Of a DNA stretch of 64,000 nucleotides, positions 38,047 through 51,651 are shown piece by piece. This stretch comes from Octopus vulgaris (taxonomy: Eukaryota): the NCBI GenBank assembly GCA_951406725.2, contig OX597815.1, positions 157,418,001-157,482,000 on the forward strand, in the 5' to 3' direction. The notes below the pieces were generated by a model. That model was given only the letters and a program-made list of their open reading frames with translations, did no database searches and was not told where the DNA came from. Positions within the stretch are counted from its first letter, which is position 1, and each line of letters starts with the position of its first letter. The translations under genes were made by a program, and so were the position numbers.

Positions 38047-38804
38047 CATACATACATACATACATACATACATACATACATACATACATACATGGATTTG
38101 GCAGACGGAAACTGAAAAAGTCTACATGCATATATATATATATATATATATATATACAACACACACACACACACACACAAAGGAGGGGAGAAAGAGAATT
38201 TTTTTTACAGTAAAACAACTCACCAGAACTTACACTGCAGCCATTGCTGGGATAGCTACAGTGTAAGAGCAACACAGCTATTGACGGTACTCAGACTATG
38301 TCATTGATTGTTTACGAGTAATCACGTTGCTAATTACATTTCAAAACTCATTAAAAAAAGATCCATGCCGACAGGAATCGAACTCACAGCCCAGCAGCCG
38401 AAACAAAATAGTTCCAATGTAGTTTGTCCAACGCATTATACAGACATAAATACAAATACTGTGAGCGCCGTTAAAGGTAGGGTTGCCCCTAGGGATTAGA
38501 GCCAATCAACTTCACTACATTCCTATTTAGGGGTCACGTCAGCTCACTTGTACAGCTGTCAATGTCTTGGCAAGGGATTGGCTTCACGAGATTCACTTTG
38601 TTTGGAAACACTCCAGGATGATGGCGTTTTCAAGGGAGACTCCACAGTTCAGTGTTTACTCGTGTACTTGTGTACTGTTGTATTGCTCTGTTGGTTCCAG
38701 CCGTCCGGCTGTGGCTATGTTGAAGCAAACACCATGAGGTTTATTGCATCCTTGCGCATTGAACGCATGGTATTTCAAGGAAGTTTCACACTAAATACAT
38801 CCAA

Positions 38805-39441
38805 AATAAATAGAAACATTATTTTTTCTAAATCTCTCAAAGAGAGATATTCAGTAACAGTTCTTTAAGGGAAAGAATATTTGCCAACATAATGTGGCTG
38901 TCCTGGATGTGACGATTGTTACTGTTGTTTAACCCCAGGAAACATCCTTTCCAGCTGGCGATACGACACAATACTATGTCCTTATATTTTCAAACAGGGA
39001 GCCCAGCGCCCCCATCCAGAACAAAGCAACATCTGTGGACCGGTTTCTGTGTTATTGCCCTTTATCAGCACAGAGTAGCTTGGCTAGATGGTGTTGCTGA
39101 ATTCCCGTTTGGAAATATATAATTTTCAAAGTGACACACAGTCACTGATCTAATAAATAGAAACATTATTATTTCTAAATCCCTCAAAGAGAGATATTCA
39201 GAAACAGTTCTTTAAAGTAAAGGCTATTTGCCAACCTAGCCCAAGTAGCTACTCTGTGCTGATAAGGAGCAATAACCCAGAAACCGTCCACAGATGTTGC
39301 TTTGTGCTGGACGGAGGTCGAAAATATAAGGACACAGATATTATGTCGTATAGCCAGCTGGAAATTATGCTTCCTAGGGCTAAACAATAGTAACAATTGT
39401 ACCGTTCAGGACAGTCACATTATGTTGGCAAATAGTCTTTA
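38805..39441. repeat. Local duplication with partial inversion (A-B-spacer-A-inverted B)
   Basis: 38805-38888 is repeated directly at 39152-39235. About 38875-39087 is repeated inverted at 39236-39441. Confidence 0.88.
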
Positions 39442-39781
39442 CGTACAAATAGATACACACATACACATAACAAAAATACTCACACACACACATGTATATA
39501 GATATATGTGCGTGTGTGTGTGTGTGTACACGCACAATGCATACGTTCATACATACATATAACTAATTACATATAGATGTACACAAATACAAGAATAAGT
39601 ATACTCATGCACGAACCATAATACATTCATCAACACCCGTACGCACGTACACACACTCACAAACAAACACACACACACACATACACACACACACTGTATA
39701 TATATATATATAATAATTTTTTGCGTAATGAGATAAAAAAAAACAAGTCTATGTAGATATTAGAACATTTATTGACAAAAG

Positions 39782-39833
39782 GTCTTACAGCTGTTTCCAT
39801 GATATTTATTAATTATACCCCTTCATCGGATAC
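39782..39833 (-). ncRNA. Degenerate hammerhead of the 29743 family, in a pseudo-LTR fragment (about 39715-39950)
   Basis: gtat-CCGATGA-a-ggggtat..atatcatg-GAAA-cagctg-TA-agac. Confidence 0.6.
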
Positions 39834-39978
39834 GGTGTGAGAGGATCGTTAAGTAATAATTAATTTAGATGGGATACAAAATAGAGAGTGAGGTGGAGGA
39901 AAGAAAATAGATGTGAAATATGTAGGGATATTGAATTTGTAGATCCATTTATATATATATATATATATGTATATATCA

Positions 39979-40012
<34 letters not shown>

Positions 40013-40494
40013 TGATAATTGTCCACTCGTGACCGAAAATCATCACTAAGCATTAAGAACATTATGCACTCACGCAGTAATAGTCATGTAAAATGTCGAC
40101 AATGCTTGTGCAGAATTTTAGGTCTAATAATGCTTGCACAATGCCTCACTGACTCTTTCCATCCTACTGAGATGATCCAAGGACAAACCGGAGCATATCT
40201 AATGCCAACGTGGATCATAGGCTCAGGAATGTAAGAAGTGCCATGATCTCAAGTACAAGCAAATGATCCTCAAAATGCCCAATGCCATTCCCTGCATATC
40301 CAGTTTTATATCAGAACGACCTGACACCAACCCTTACATATACATAAATACAGCTGCATGTGCATATATTTTTACATGCCAACCCTGTTTTCATTAATTA
40401 TCTTAATATATTGGTATTATATCTTTATATATTACCAATACATTGGTATTATATCATAATACGTTGTCATAATGCCAGCAGATTTTGACATCGA

Positions 40495-40630
40495 CTAGTA
40501 CTTATTTTATCGACCCTAAAAGGATGAAAGGTCAAGTCGACCTCGGCAGAGTTTGAACTCAGAACGTAACGACGATCGAAATATCGCCAAGCATTTTTCC
40601 CGGCGTGCTAACGCTTCTGCCAGCTCGCCC
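40495..40630 (-). mobile_element. SINE family B 5' half, antisense (an older copy lies at about 37740-37890)
   Basis: Reverse complement of the family B head and centre. Confidence 0.85.
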
Positions 40631-40879
40631 TCTTAATACATTAAAAATATATTTATTGCGCAAAACATATTTATGGAGAAAGAACATTTTTAATTGAACC
40701 TTCTTACTTCATTATATCACTACTACTTATTTTATTGACCCCAGTGAAATGTAAGGCGGTTTGACATCGGTATGAACCAAGAATCGAAAGAATCAAAACT
40801 AAATACCACACTTAATTGTTTCAGTCAGTCTCAGCTTTCCATTTTTATAATAATAATCTAGCATACGAAACACCTCCTA

Positions 40880-41300
40880 CATAGTTACTCAACCAGCTAG
40901 AAATAATTAAATCACCTTAAATCATATTCTATTATCGTAAATAATGAAAGGGGGGCAAACATGTCGGAGTTTACGTGTTCCCTCAACATAGTAGAAATAG
41001 CTGCCAAACTCCATTCAAATCCCTCGCAAACGTTTTAAAAAAAAGGAAAGGCTTATTAGATAATGTTCTCTTGAATAAACTATTTGAGTAAGATTGGGTG
41101 GCCATGGTCGGAATGTATAATTATAAGTTTGCTTAATCAGGTCCGACCTAGGGTTAACCAACAACACTAAAAAATAAGGAGAGAACACATTAAGTAATAT
41201 AAAATTACAACCTGCTACAATGACCAGATGGCCGCGATTGGAATGTCTTTGATCGTGTGGGTGTGTATGATAAGGTTCTTGAAGCTAAACAAAAACAACA
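40880..41300 (+). repeat. Old dispersed repeat family D (CTAGAAATAGCAGCCAAA..AAATCACACC type); other pieces near 55220-55430, 55600-55660, 59550-59900 and 61055-61580
   Basis: Recurrent GAAATAGC.GCCAAA.CTCC.TCAAATC and ..TCAGG.C.GACCT.GGGCTAAACAACAAC motifs. Class not determined. Confidence 0.5.
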
Positions 41301-42959
41301 GACTGGTGGGACGTTCCCACACTAACACATAACCACAGACTCCAAGAAGTGGATTGTAATCGATTTTATAATACCTCAGTAGTTGACTGGTATTATTATT
41401 ATTTCTAAGATAACATAGTCCATGAAACAGTATGCCTGTAAAAAAAATGACGGAAAGGTTCGTTACTGCATCATACGTTAGCTCGATTAGAATTTATCTG
41501 GCACCAAATAATATGAATAATCCACCTAAGGGGTTTCAATGTCGTTTATATCCATACGATTTCGGTCGACTCGAGGTTAAACAGGAACACAACCAATGTT
41601 CCACACTGGGAAGCAACTCTGAAAATATATGGCTGTGAATCGAATTTCTAAACCGCAAGACTTCAGCCTACCGCTCATATTCTGCATATATCCATTTAAT
41701 GTTTGAGTGGTTGAAATTTAGGCTGTTCCTTCTCTTGTCTCTTCTGAGCATAGTTTTCATTAACGCCAATTACTTTTCTTTTCACTTAAGTTAAAATTTC
41801 AGTCAGTGAAAAATTATTCGCAATGCATCATTTCAGTATTGTAGCCTACACTTAACTATAGAATCTCCATGCAAAAGATACACTTGGAAAGTTTGTAACG
41901 AATTTTAAGCTATTTATCATACTCTTACAGTTACTGTACCTCTCCTATTTTGCCAGCTGTTTCGTTCTTGTGTCTGTTAAAATTAAATAAATGTTCTCGT
42001 TATTTATATATTAATATTTAATGTACAATATTGTATTAATGATATTAATTTCCTAAGAGTAATATAGTAGATCTGTTTATAATATATTCTTTATTATAGT
42101 ATTTATTATGTTTCTTCAATATAGATTATTATATCTCATAAGTGCAGTTTCATTGGAATTTTGTTTTATACATGGACAGTGAGAAAACATGATTGATAGA
42201 ATAAGAATAACTATGATCAATGAAAGAGCAGATTCCATGATTCGTGCTTGGATTTCAATGCATAAATGAGGACAAAGATGTTGTCAAACCTGATCGAATA
42301 GAGCCATAATCGAGGATATCCAAGTAATAACCGTCTCGTCGGGGGGGTTTTCTTGTTTCTTTTTTTGTTTGTTTTTTTTTATATATTTTCATAAGGGAGA
42401 CGAATTGTCCGCTGTTGTTTTATAATTTTGTCCAGCGAGAGAATACTCCGTACAACTTTATCCAATGTTTTCCCATTAAGCAAGTACTCTATGACATGAG
42501 AAAAGATCTAGCCGATCTTTTTGGTATGTCGTGCGATCACATTGAGGCTCTGTCCATTAGCCTATGATCAATATCTCTTCTAGTGCAGTGTTGAAATGGT
42601 ATCAGAGCAGCGTCATTATAATTAAATATCGTTTTTATTGCGGAGACCAAAACAATAAACACTAAAAAATAGAACAAATACACATTAACTCATTCACACA
42701 GGAATACACATATGCACACATGTGCATATATATACACGCGCTCACGTGCACAGGGGAGTACACAAGTAAACAGATACAGACAAAAGATTCTGATATATTT
42801 GGAGTTCGTTAGAAACGATTGGAAAGTTGGTAAATTGAAACATTTTCTGGTGCCTAAAGGATAACTTAGAAATATAGCAAAATTGTTCCCATAATCATTC
42901 CGCTAACACATGTTTTATGAGAAACAAAACAAGAGCTTAATATTGGAAATGATTAAAGG

Positions 42960-43362
42960 ATGTGTGTGAGTGTGCGTGTGTGCGTGTGTGTGTGTGTATG
43001 TGTGTGTATGCGTGTGCGTATGTATGTATGTGTATGTGTGTGTGCGCGTGTGTGTGTGCGCGTGCGTTTGTGTGTGTACGCATGTGTGTGTGCGCGCGCG
43101 TGTGTGTGTGTGCTTGTATGTGTGTGTATGCGCGTGTGTGTGTGTGTATGTGTGTGTGTCTGTGTGTGTGTGTGTCATTGTGTGTGAGTGTCACTGTGTG
43201 TGTGTGTCATTGTGTGTGTGTGTGTCACTGTGTGTGTGTGTCACTGTGTGTGTGTGTCACTGTGTGTGTGTGTGTCATGTGTGTGTGTGTGTGTGTGTCA
43301 CTGTGTGTGTGTGTGTCATTGTGTGTGTGTGTCTCACTGTGTGTGTGTGTGCGTGTGTGTGT
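42960..43362. repeat. (GT)n tract with a higher-order (GT)n-CAyT periodicity
   Basis: Directly visible. Confidence 0.95.
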
Positions 43363-43826
43363 TTCAGTCTCTATATAAAAAGGAACAGACGAAAATGGAA
43401 AAAAATAAATAATGAAAGTGAATGTGTATTTTTGATAAATTTGGTTGCATATATTTGTGTAAATTACAATATTTATCTATATCCTCGAGCAGAAGTCGCA
43501 AAAAGAATTAGCATACACAGTAACACATATAAGAATGTACACAAACATACATAGTCACATACACTTACGCACTTATATATATATACACCTATGCAAACAC
43601 ACACGTACAACTGTAAATACACATTTTTTGATAGTGTCAAGAAAATATATATATGGTTAACTCTTTATGCTTGTATCTAAATTTAGTGTTTTATATTTGA
43701 CAGACTTGAGAGGAGGCGGTACCAGAAAATTCTTCGAAGCTATGAAAGACAGACGGTATGGAAGTTGGCAGATTGATATACATGCGCACACACACACACA
43801 CAAACGCACATCCAAAGTTACTCATG

Positions 43827-43874
<48 letters not shown>

Positions 43875-44358
43875 TTTATAGATATTTACACATAACGTAT
43901 ATATGTATGTATACAATATGCATATATACATACATACATATATATATGTATTTATAAATATATGTGTCTATATATATATATATATGTATATATTAGTTTT
44001 TGGATAATTTTCGGTTAATAAGTTGGCGGTTTTTTATTGTAGCCAACGAAGGACTGCATCTGCGCAGTAAATTTGAAAAGTTAGTTCGTATAAACACGAG
44101 ACAGGTAGCTTTGTTTTGTCTCGTGTGGATATGTTTAACACTAGGTTGGACCTGCTGAAGAAAATCAAACCTTGTGAGTTCTCCATTACTCGCTGGTCAG
44201 GACACTAGATGATAAATGTTTTTCATTTCCAAATTTATTCCTGTCGAATTTTTATCCCACTTTTTTGCGGTCATAGAACTTAGCTGTTATTTCTAATGCG
44301 TAGAATCCCTATAAGTGGATTCTCTATGTGTTTAAATATACACTATATCATATGACTA

Positions 44359-44397
<39 letters not shown>

Positions 44398-44459
44398 CAC
44401 ATATACATACATATATATATATACATATAGATATATACATATATATAGATATGTGTGTA

Positions 44460-45344
44460 CATGGTCTGATCAATAAGTATCCGGACTGTTGCTATAATAA
44501 CGAAGCTAAACCATGGAGAGTGAAGTCGTTTGGGACAGATTCAATTTGAACTCTGCGACGCATGCGCACTAAGTTTTAACGTTCTCGTTCACTACCACTG
44601 TTTTTTCAGCAGTGGTTGGAAGGAAGGTGTAATCTAAGCATTGACTATGACAGAGAAAGTTGAGCAGAGAATCTGCATTACATTTAGCCAAAAGCTTGGC
44701 GATACATGCTCTGAGGCCTACGCAATGTTTTCAACACGTTATCATCGTTCCCGACACAAGCAAGGAGATCTTATGCTACTGAAACCCGGGTGTCTTTTTG
44801 ATGAGCTGAAAGCTGTTTTGGCACAAACTTGGCAGACATGTGTCTCATACTCAAATCTTCAGTGATAAGGGACTGAACTGAACTGCAACTAATTTGCACA
44901 TCCTCTGATAACTCAAGGATCAGGATTCGACAATTTCTCCTCACAACTGCACACACACCTGCATTGTTTTCTCTGTTCTCCTGGTTGAAGGTCTCCCAGA
45001 ACGTTAGTCAATATCGACATTTTTTTGGCCATCTTGGAAACATCTGAGCCACTCGTACACTTGTGTCCAGCCCCTACACTCCTCTCCATAGACTTTCTGC
45101 AACTTTGCGTAGGCCTCTGAGCAGGTGTCGCCATGACAACTTTCTCTGTCATGGTCAATCTGACGATCACACGCTACACACCTTCCTTCCAAGCACTGCG
45201 TAATCAGAGGAAGTGAGCTAGAACGTTAAAACTTTCTGCTCATGGATAGCAGCGTTCGTTGTCAATCATCGCTAAGCGGATACACTCTACTTGCTTTTGC
45301 TCGTTACTATGGTAACAGTCCGGATACTTATTGATCAGACCTCG
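44460..45344. mobile_element. Fold-back mariner derivative made of two inward-facing 5' ends (885 bp, TA flanks)
   Basis: Both ends read TA-CnnGGTCTGATCAATAAGTATCCGGACTG and continue through the 5' UTR into the transposase start (MTEKVEQRICI..LGDTCSEAYA). The minus arm extends to TQVYEW..GRPST..SAKFVPK. No catalytic domain. Confidence 0.9.
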
Positions 45345-45468
45345 TATATAATTATATACATGTATGTATGTACGTATGTATGCAGGTATATATGTTTGTA
45401 TGTATGTTTGTGTATATATATTTGTATATATGTATGTATACATATATATGTGTGTGTGTATGTGTGTA

Positions 45469-45695
45469 CAAGGTGAGTCAAATGTAGCACCTAATTCCTG
45501 CTCTAGGGGTTTGGGGGTTGATATGTATAACTTCCCAATTGGCAAATACTTTTGAGTCTTATTCTTGTTTTACGAACTGGGATATCAAACATGATGTATG
45601 ATCCAGATTTAGTAACTATCAAATGTAATAACCTGCAAAACAACAAAAAAAGGCATGAGTTCCCAGAAACTGGGCGCTACTTTTGACTCACTCTG
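45469..45695. mobile_element. Tc1/mariner-type MITE, 227 bp
   Basis: Left end TA-CAAGGTGAGTCAAATGTAGCACCTAATTCCTG; right end reverse-complemented TA-CAGAGTGAGTCAAAAGTAGCGCCCAGTTTCTG. Confidence 0.85.
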
Positions 45696-45870
45696 TATAT
45701 ATGTGTGTGTGTTGTGTGTGTGTAGATATATATGTGTGTGTGTGTGTGTGTGTGTATGCTTACGTTCTGGCGTTTGCTAAATTTTCTTGAGAACATTTTT
45801 TAGTGGTAAGACCATAGCAGATCTACTTCTAGCATAATGGATGTCCACGTAGTAGTCATCCCCTCTTATA

Positions 45871-45960
<90 letters not shown>

Positions 45961-46750
45961 GAAAGAGGTAGAAAGACAGATAAACATAAACACCAGTAGG
46001 CTTGAGACATATATTTACATGGAGTACAAAATATAGATTACAGAATACAGAAAAAAAAGAAAAGTAAAATGAACAGAAGAATTATGTAAAGACTTGTTTC
46101 GAGACACCCTTAACTTACGTGACTTGGTCGCCTAACTTACTTAAACAATTTCCGCAAGACACACATCTACGACATCAGGCCCATGTTACGTATGAATGTG
46201 GTTATTTCTACAATGATGTAGGACCCAAGATTGTGTTTGTGTCTCCTAACGACTACATATGCACATTAAGCAAATAGCGAAAGCATAGTACACGTTACCA
46301 AGCCATAGTTGTTCGCTCGCTCGTGACGGCTGGCTGAAAGTTGAATTGAACAGAATTAATCACCCGGTCTCTAGTAAACGGAGATATTTAACAAAAGGTA
46401 ATCAGTTCTATTGATTATTTTCCCAAAAATCAATCTGCTATATATTCCTGACCTTTCTTTAGAAATACACGGAAACTCTGTAAACAGTCTTAATTGAGAA
46501 TCTCTGAAGAAGTAAACCAATACCCTATCAATCTTGGTTATTTTGTTTGACTTTTGTGCGACATGTGTGTAGAAGGGAGTATGTAATACGTATGGTTGAA
46601 TGGTTAATAACTTCACTCTGAAAACGGTTGTGCATCAACCCAAATGACCGAGTGGTAGGTCGTTCCACCCGGTTATGTCTCTTTACGGCCGAGTCGTTTT
46701 CAACTATCTTCACCGGACGATAAATACCGGGATCAAATTAATCGATTAAA

Positions 46751-46829
<79 letters not shown>

Positions 46830-47052
46830 CTCTTCTGTATGGCTGCACCTTCAATTACTGAAACGAATAATAGAATAAACCTAAAATACGTAAGTAGATG
46901 CGCAAAGCTGGCTACGATGTTTTAATAGTCTTTTTGTCTTAAGCAAGATTTTTTTTCTCGACGACAACATGCAGTGTAAAGCCTCTCAAACACATTTGAA
47001 CTGGTCTTAAGTTCCTTTATTTAAAATAATTTGCTCCATAACCCATTAAGTG

Positions 47053-47300
47053 GAGGCGCGTGGCTTAGTGGTTAGGATGTCAGCATCATGATCGTAAGAT
47101 TGTGGTTTCGATTCCTGGACCGAGCGACGCGTTGTGTTCTTGAGCAAAACACTTCATTTCACGTTGCCCCAGTTCACTCAGCTGGCAAAAATGAGTAACG
47201 CTGCGATGAACTGGCGTCCCGTCCATCCGGGGAACCCATACGCCATTGAAACCGGGAATCCGGGCCCACGAACCTGGCTAGGCTTTAAAAGGGTACATTT
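47053..47300 (+). mobile_element. SINE family C (CORE-like)
   Basis: A box TGGCTTAGTGG, B box GTTTCGATTCC, then TGTGTTCTTGAGCAAAACACTTCATTTCACGTTGCCCCAGTTCACTCAGCTGGCAAAAATGAG. Confidence 0.85.
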
Positions 47301-47529
47301 ATTTTTTTTATTATAACCCATTAAGCCTGTGGTAGTCACAACATCTGTCCTTATTTAGTAGTGATTGACAGTGGATCTCCGTCGTTCAACGATGAGGAAT
47401 CAGTTGTTCAGCCAACTGAATTATCTTGCTCCGGAATTAATTGAGTATTTCCTTAGAGTCATTCTCAGACAAAATCAGAGTAACACAGTGTGCTTGAATT
47501 AACAAGTACAAACTCCTAAACCGTCTTCT

Positions 47530-47678
47530 TTACAATTTCTGTTTACTCAGTTTCGCTCACAAAGTATGGGTCAACCAGAGGCTACGGGAAATGACATTTG
47601 TCTAAAAATGCCATCCCTCGGAAGGATCGAATCCAGGACCTCGTGGTTCAGTAGCAAACTTCTTAACCATTCAGCCAA
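47530..47678 (-). mobile_element. Old SINE family A 5' half
   Basis: Reverse complement reads TGGCTGAATGGTTAAGAAGTTTGCT..AACCACGAGGTCCTGGATTCGATCC. Confidence 0.6.
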
Positions 47679-48185
47679 ACTGTACTAACGTAGAGTAAGT
47701 GTATCTAGGATAAGTCTATATGGATTGATCCCAGTTTAGTTCAAGTTAAACCTAAGGGAGAATTTAAATCAGAACGACTAAGGAAACACTGGTTAAACTG
47801 CACAAGAGAAAAGTAAGTCCTCTACCACTGATAACCCGTTATGTAATGTCAAATATTTCAGGTTATAAATAAAGTACTTTGGAATATTTTAAGCGCATAA
47901 AACACGAAATACAAGCATTTCTTGAGAATATCAATAAACTTCAACGGATTTCTGACATTTACTCGAAACATCATCGTCGTCGTCGTCGTTGTCGTTATCA
48001 TCATCAGCAGCAGCAGCAGCCGTCCAAGAATTTGGACCTGGAGATCTTCATTTCCAGCGACTTCGAGGGCCACTTTCCAGTGATGTCGGGCGTCAACGAA
48101 GAGTCCTCGACTACAACAAGACGACCAAAATTTTTTTTTTTTCCAAGGTCTGGGGGTCTCCTGCCCCTAAGCCCTAGACCATCAC

Positions 48186-48245
48186 CTAATCACCCTTACC
48201 CGTCTTGTTGCTTAACAACAACAACAACAACAGCAGGAGTAGCAC

Positions 48246-48282
<37 letters not shown>

Positions 48283-48391
48283 TCTAACGTGTTGGCATTG
48301 ACGGCACCAGTTGTTCTTGTTCTTGTTCGTGATGACGATGATGATGACGACGACGACGATGACGATGACGATGACGATGATGACGTTGTTG
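48186..48391 (-). CDS. Tentative host exon: Ser/Thr stalk followed by a long Leu-rich hydrophobic segment
   Basis: Acceptor TTTTGATTATCTTTTATCAG|, open frame TT-S18-RTRTRTTGAVNANTLE-L12-V-L10-SNKT, then either donor G|GTAAGG (192-nt phase 1-1 exon) or GKGD-stop. Largely built of trinucleotide repeats. Confidence 0.22.
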
Positions 48392-48865
48392 CTGATAAAA
48401 GATAATCAAAATACCTTCATAACGTATGTTTTATGTTAGAGTAAAACCTCCAGCGTTTGCTCCAGATGTTCCCCGTTTCCTTATATATAAACAAGCATGC
48501 TGCTCTCATCCCTAGTAAGACCATAATATATTTTAGAATATCTAACAAGCGACGATCATAAATTTACGACCTGCTACATTAACTATATATCTGGCTATTA
48601 TTGTCAACATAGAGTAGTAGTTTTTGCTTACTTAATGTGCTGGAAAATAATAATTCAGCACAGAACATTAGAATGGCGAAATGAAATTAATACGATTTTT
48701 CTTTCTTTTTTTTTTCTTCTCATGTCAAAGCACATCTGTTCGTAATTTTATTTTATTTTCTATTTTATTTTCATTATGAAGAAACTTCTCCTACATACGG
48801 TAACCATAGAGTTTTGTCTAAATTACTGCTAAATCCAGTAGGTGAAATCCTCTGAAGTGGAAAGA

Positions 48866-48905
<40 letters not shown>

Positions 48906-49885
48906 AAGAGAGGGAATAAAAAAATTACAATGATAGAATTTGAGTCAGCATACATTTTCGTGATATTTGTCTATATTTTTGCTGTAATTAAACGTATTTG
49001 GTGGGGGGGGGTGTCTTCTAGTTTGTTTTGCTTTGTTTTTTGGGAGGCTTTTTTTTTTCTTTCGGGTTTGTTTTTTTCAAAAAGTAATAGAAGTGATTCC
49101 AGCATCGAGGATATCAGAAAACGAAGGAAAATGGTAGAAAATGGTTCTGGTGTCTTAATTGTTGCGCTCTTAATGAAAAAGAGAAAGTGGGGAAGTAACA
49201 TCAAAAGCACATTCAATATACCTTAGGAGACACTTAACTGATGCGTCTATATGCACCAACCACTTGCATTAAAATATGCCAGCTGCTGCAAAAAAAGTAT
49301 GTTTTTTCCCTATCTCAGTCGTTATTGCTTTTGTTTTCGCTTTTATTTTTATTCATTTCGTCCAGGATGAATTCTTTGTCATGATCAGAGTCTTTTAGTG
49401 TGTGAGTTTCTCTCAGTATGATAATTCCAGGTAAGTTTCAAATAAAATTTAACAAACCAAGTATTGAACTTTATTCTTTGATCAATCTCATCGAACTGTT
49501 TACAGTGTTTGATTACAAATGATAGAGAGACTCCTTTAGTCTCTAAAACTATGGTTGCTCACGTAAACACCTCAAAGTTACATAGTTGAATTCCCACGTC
49601 GATTGGAAAACACACAAATATAAAAAGAGAACACCGTCAGATCTTTCTGCCAAACAAAATGAAGAGAGATTATAAGCTCCACCAAACTAGTTTGCCAGTA
49701 ATATACTTTGAGCGGCGTTATCAAAGGAGCACTACGACTAAGATGTTACTAAATGCATTTTACGACTGTGCACTCAGGCATGCACTTGGATAATATGGCG
49801 TCATTTTTTTATTTGGTTCTTGTTGTTTAGTTTTCTGTTTAATCTCTATGTGTGTGTGCGCGCGAGAGAGAGAGAGAGAGAGAGA

Positions 49886-49920
<35 letters not shown>

Positions 49921-50041
49921 TGCGTGTGCAATTTAATTAAATTTGTTGTTGCTTATTCTGAGATTGAACACTGAACACGTTTACATTGTAAATAAAAAAG
50001 AAGTGTATAGCAAATACAACATATTGCCGGATTTTACTCAT

Positions 50042-50078
<37 letters not shown>

Positions 50079-50115
50079 CACATACGTACATACATACATA
50101 TATATTTATATAGAT

Positions 50116-50176
<61 letters not shown>

Positions 50177-50336
50177 TCTTTTTTCTTTCCTTGTCTTTCC
50201 TTTCTGGTAAATAGCGTTAGAAAAATTCTTCCATTTTTTTTTTCTGAACGTAAACCTAATACACTGTTTGTTGTTTTTTACCTCATCTATGTTTTTTTTT
50301 AATTTTCGGGGGACCATATATATATGTGTGTGTGTG

Positions 50337-50810
<474 letters not shown>

Positions 50811-51651
50811 TAATGTAGGAAACCCACCCATAATCTAATATCGGTATTAGTCTATATCTAATTACATAAATATTTTAAAATGACTGATATATATAAATTA
50901 TCAATGAAAATATATAAATGTATATAAATATTATAATTAAGATCTAAAATAATCTCTCTAAATAAATGTATATGCACATATAATAAAAACCTAATAAATT
51001 TAATTTTTCATATTTAAAGATGAAATAGCTAATTTCAAAATACAAATAAACAAACTTAAACGAACTTTCGGAAATCTTATGTAAAATACTTTTAGAAATA
51101 GTCAATTCGTACTAATATATTATCGAATAAATACTATAAATACTATAAATATAATTATCAATGGGAATAACTAGCGAATATGAATTTGAAGAAATAACTA
51201 AGTTATGCTATTAAATTAGACATGGCCTGGACCAATCTTTAGTCGAAACATATCTAAGTTTATCAAAGTTTATCTAATTTAATTATAAATTTAAAACTAC
51301 AATTAATACTATTAAAACATGTATATACAAAAGCCTAACTTAATACACCTCGTATGCTTGCTATCAAATAACAGTAATATCTACGAATAAACTTAAATTT
51401 AATATCTAATAATATAGAAAATTACGATAATTAGATCATTACATAAACAACGATATTTACATAAGGAGAATATTATTACTCCAAAGACTTATACAATATT
51501 AAAATTTACATATATATATATATATATATATAGTGAAGTATATTTTTGCCACTTAAATGTGGCTAACCCCTAAGGGTGGATGTTACTGTAGCTTGTAGCC
51601 CCAGGAGGACACCTCCTCCAGTTGGCTATTGACACACTATGTATGTATGTA

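Noticed and set aside
43990-44320. Possible mariner terminal fragment (ATAAGTTGGCGGTTTTTT)
   Set aside because: No partner TIR or coding similarity found.
47879-48301. 140-aa plus-strand ORF
   Set aside because: Non-ATG start just after an in-frame stop, runs through a T homopolymer and triplet repeats, and has no recognisable domain.
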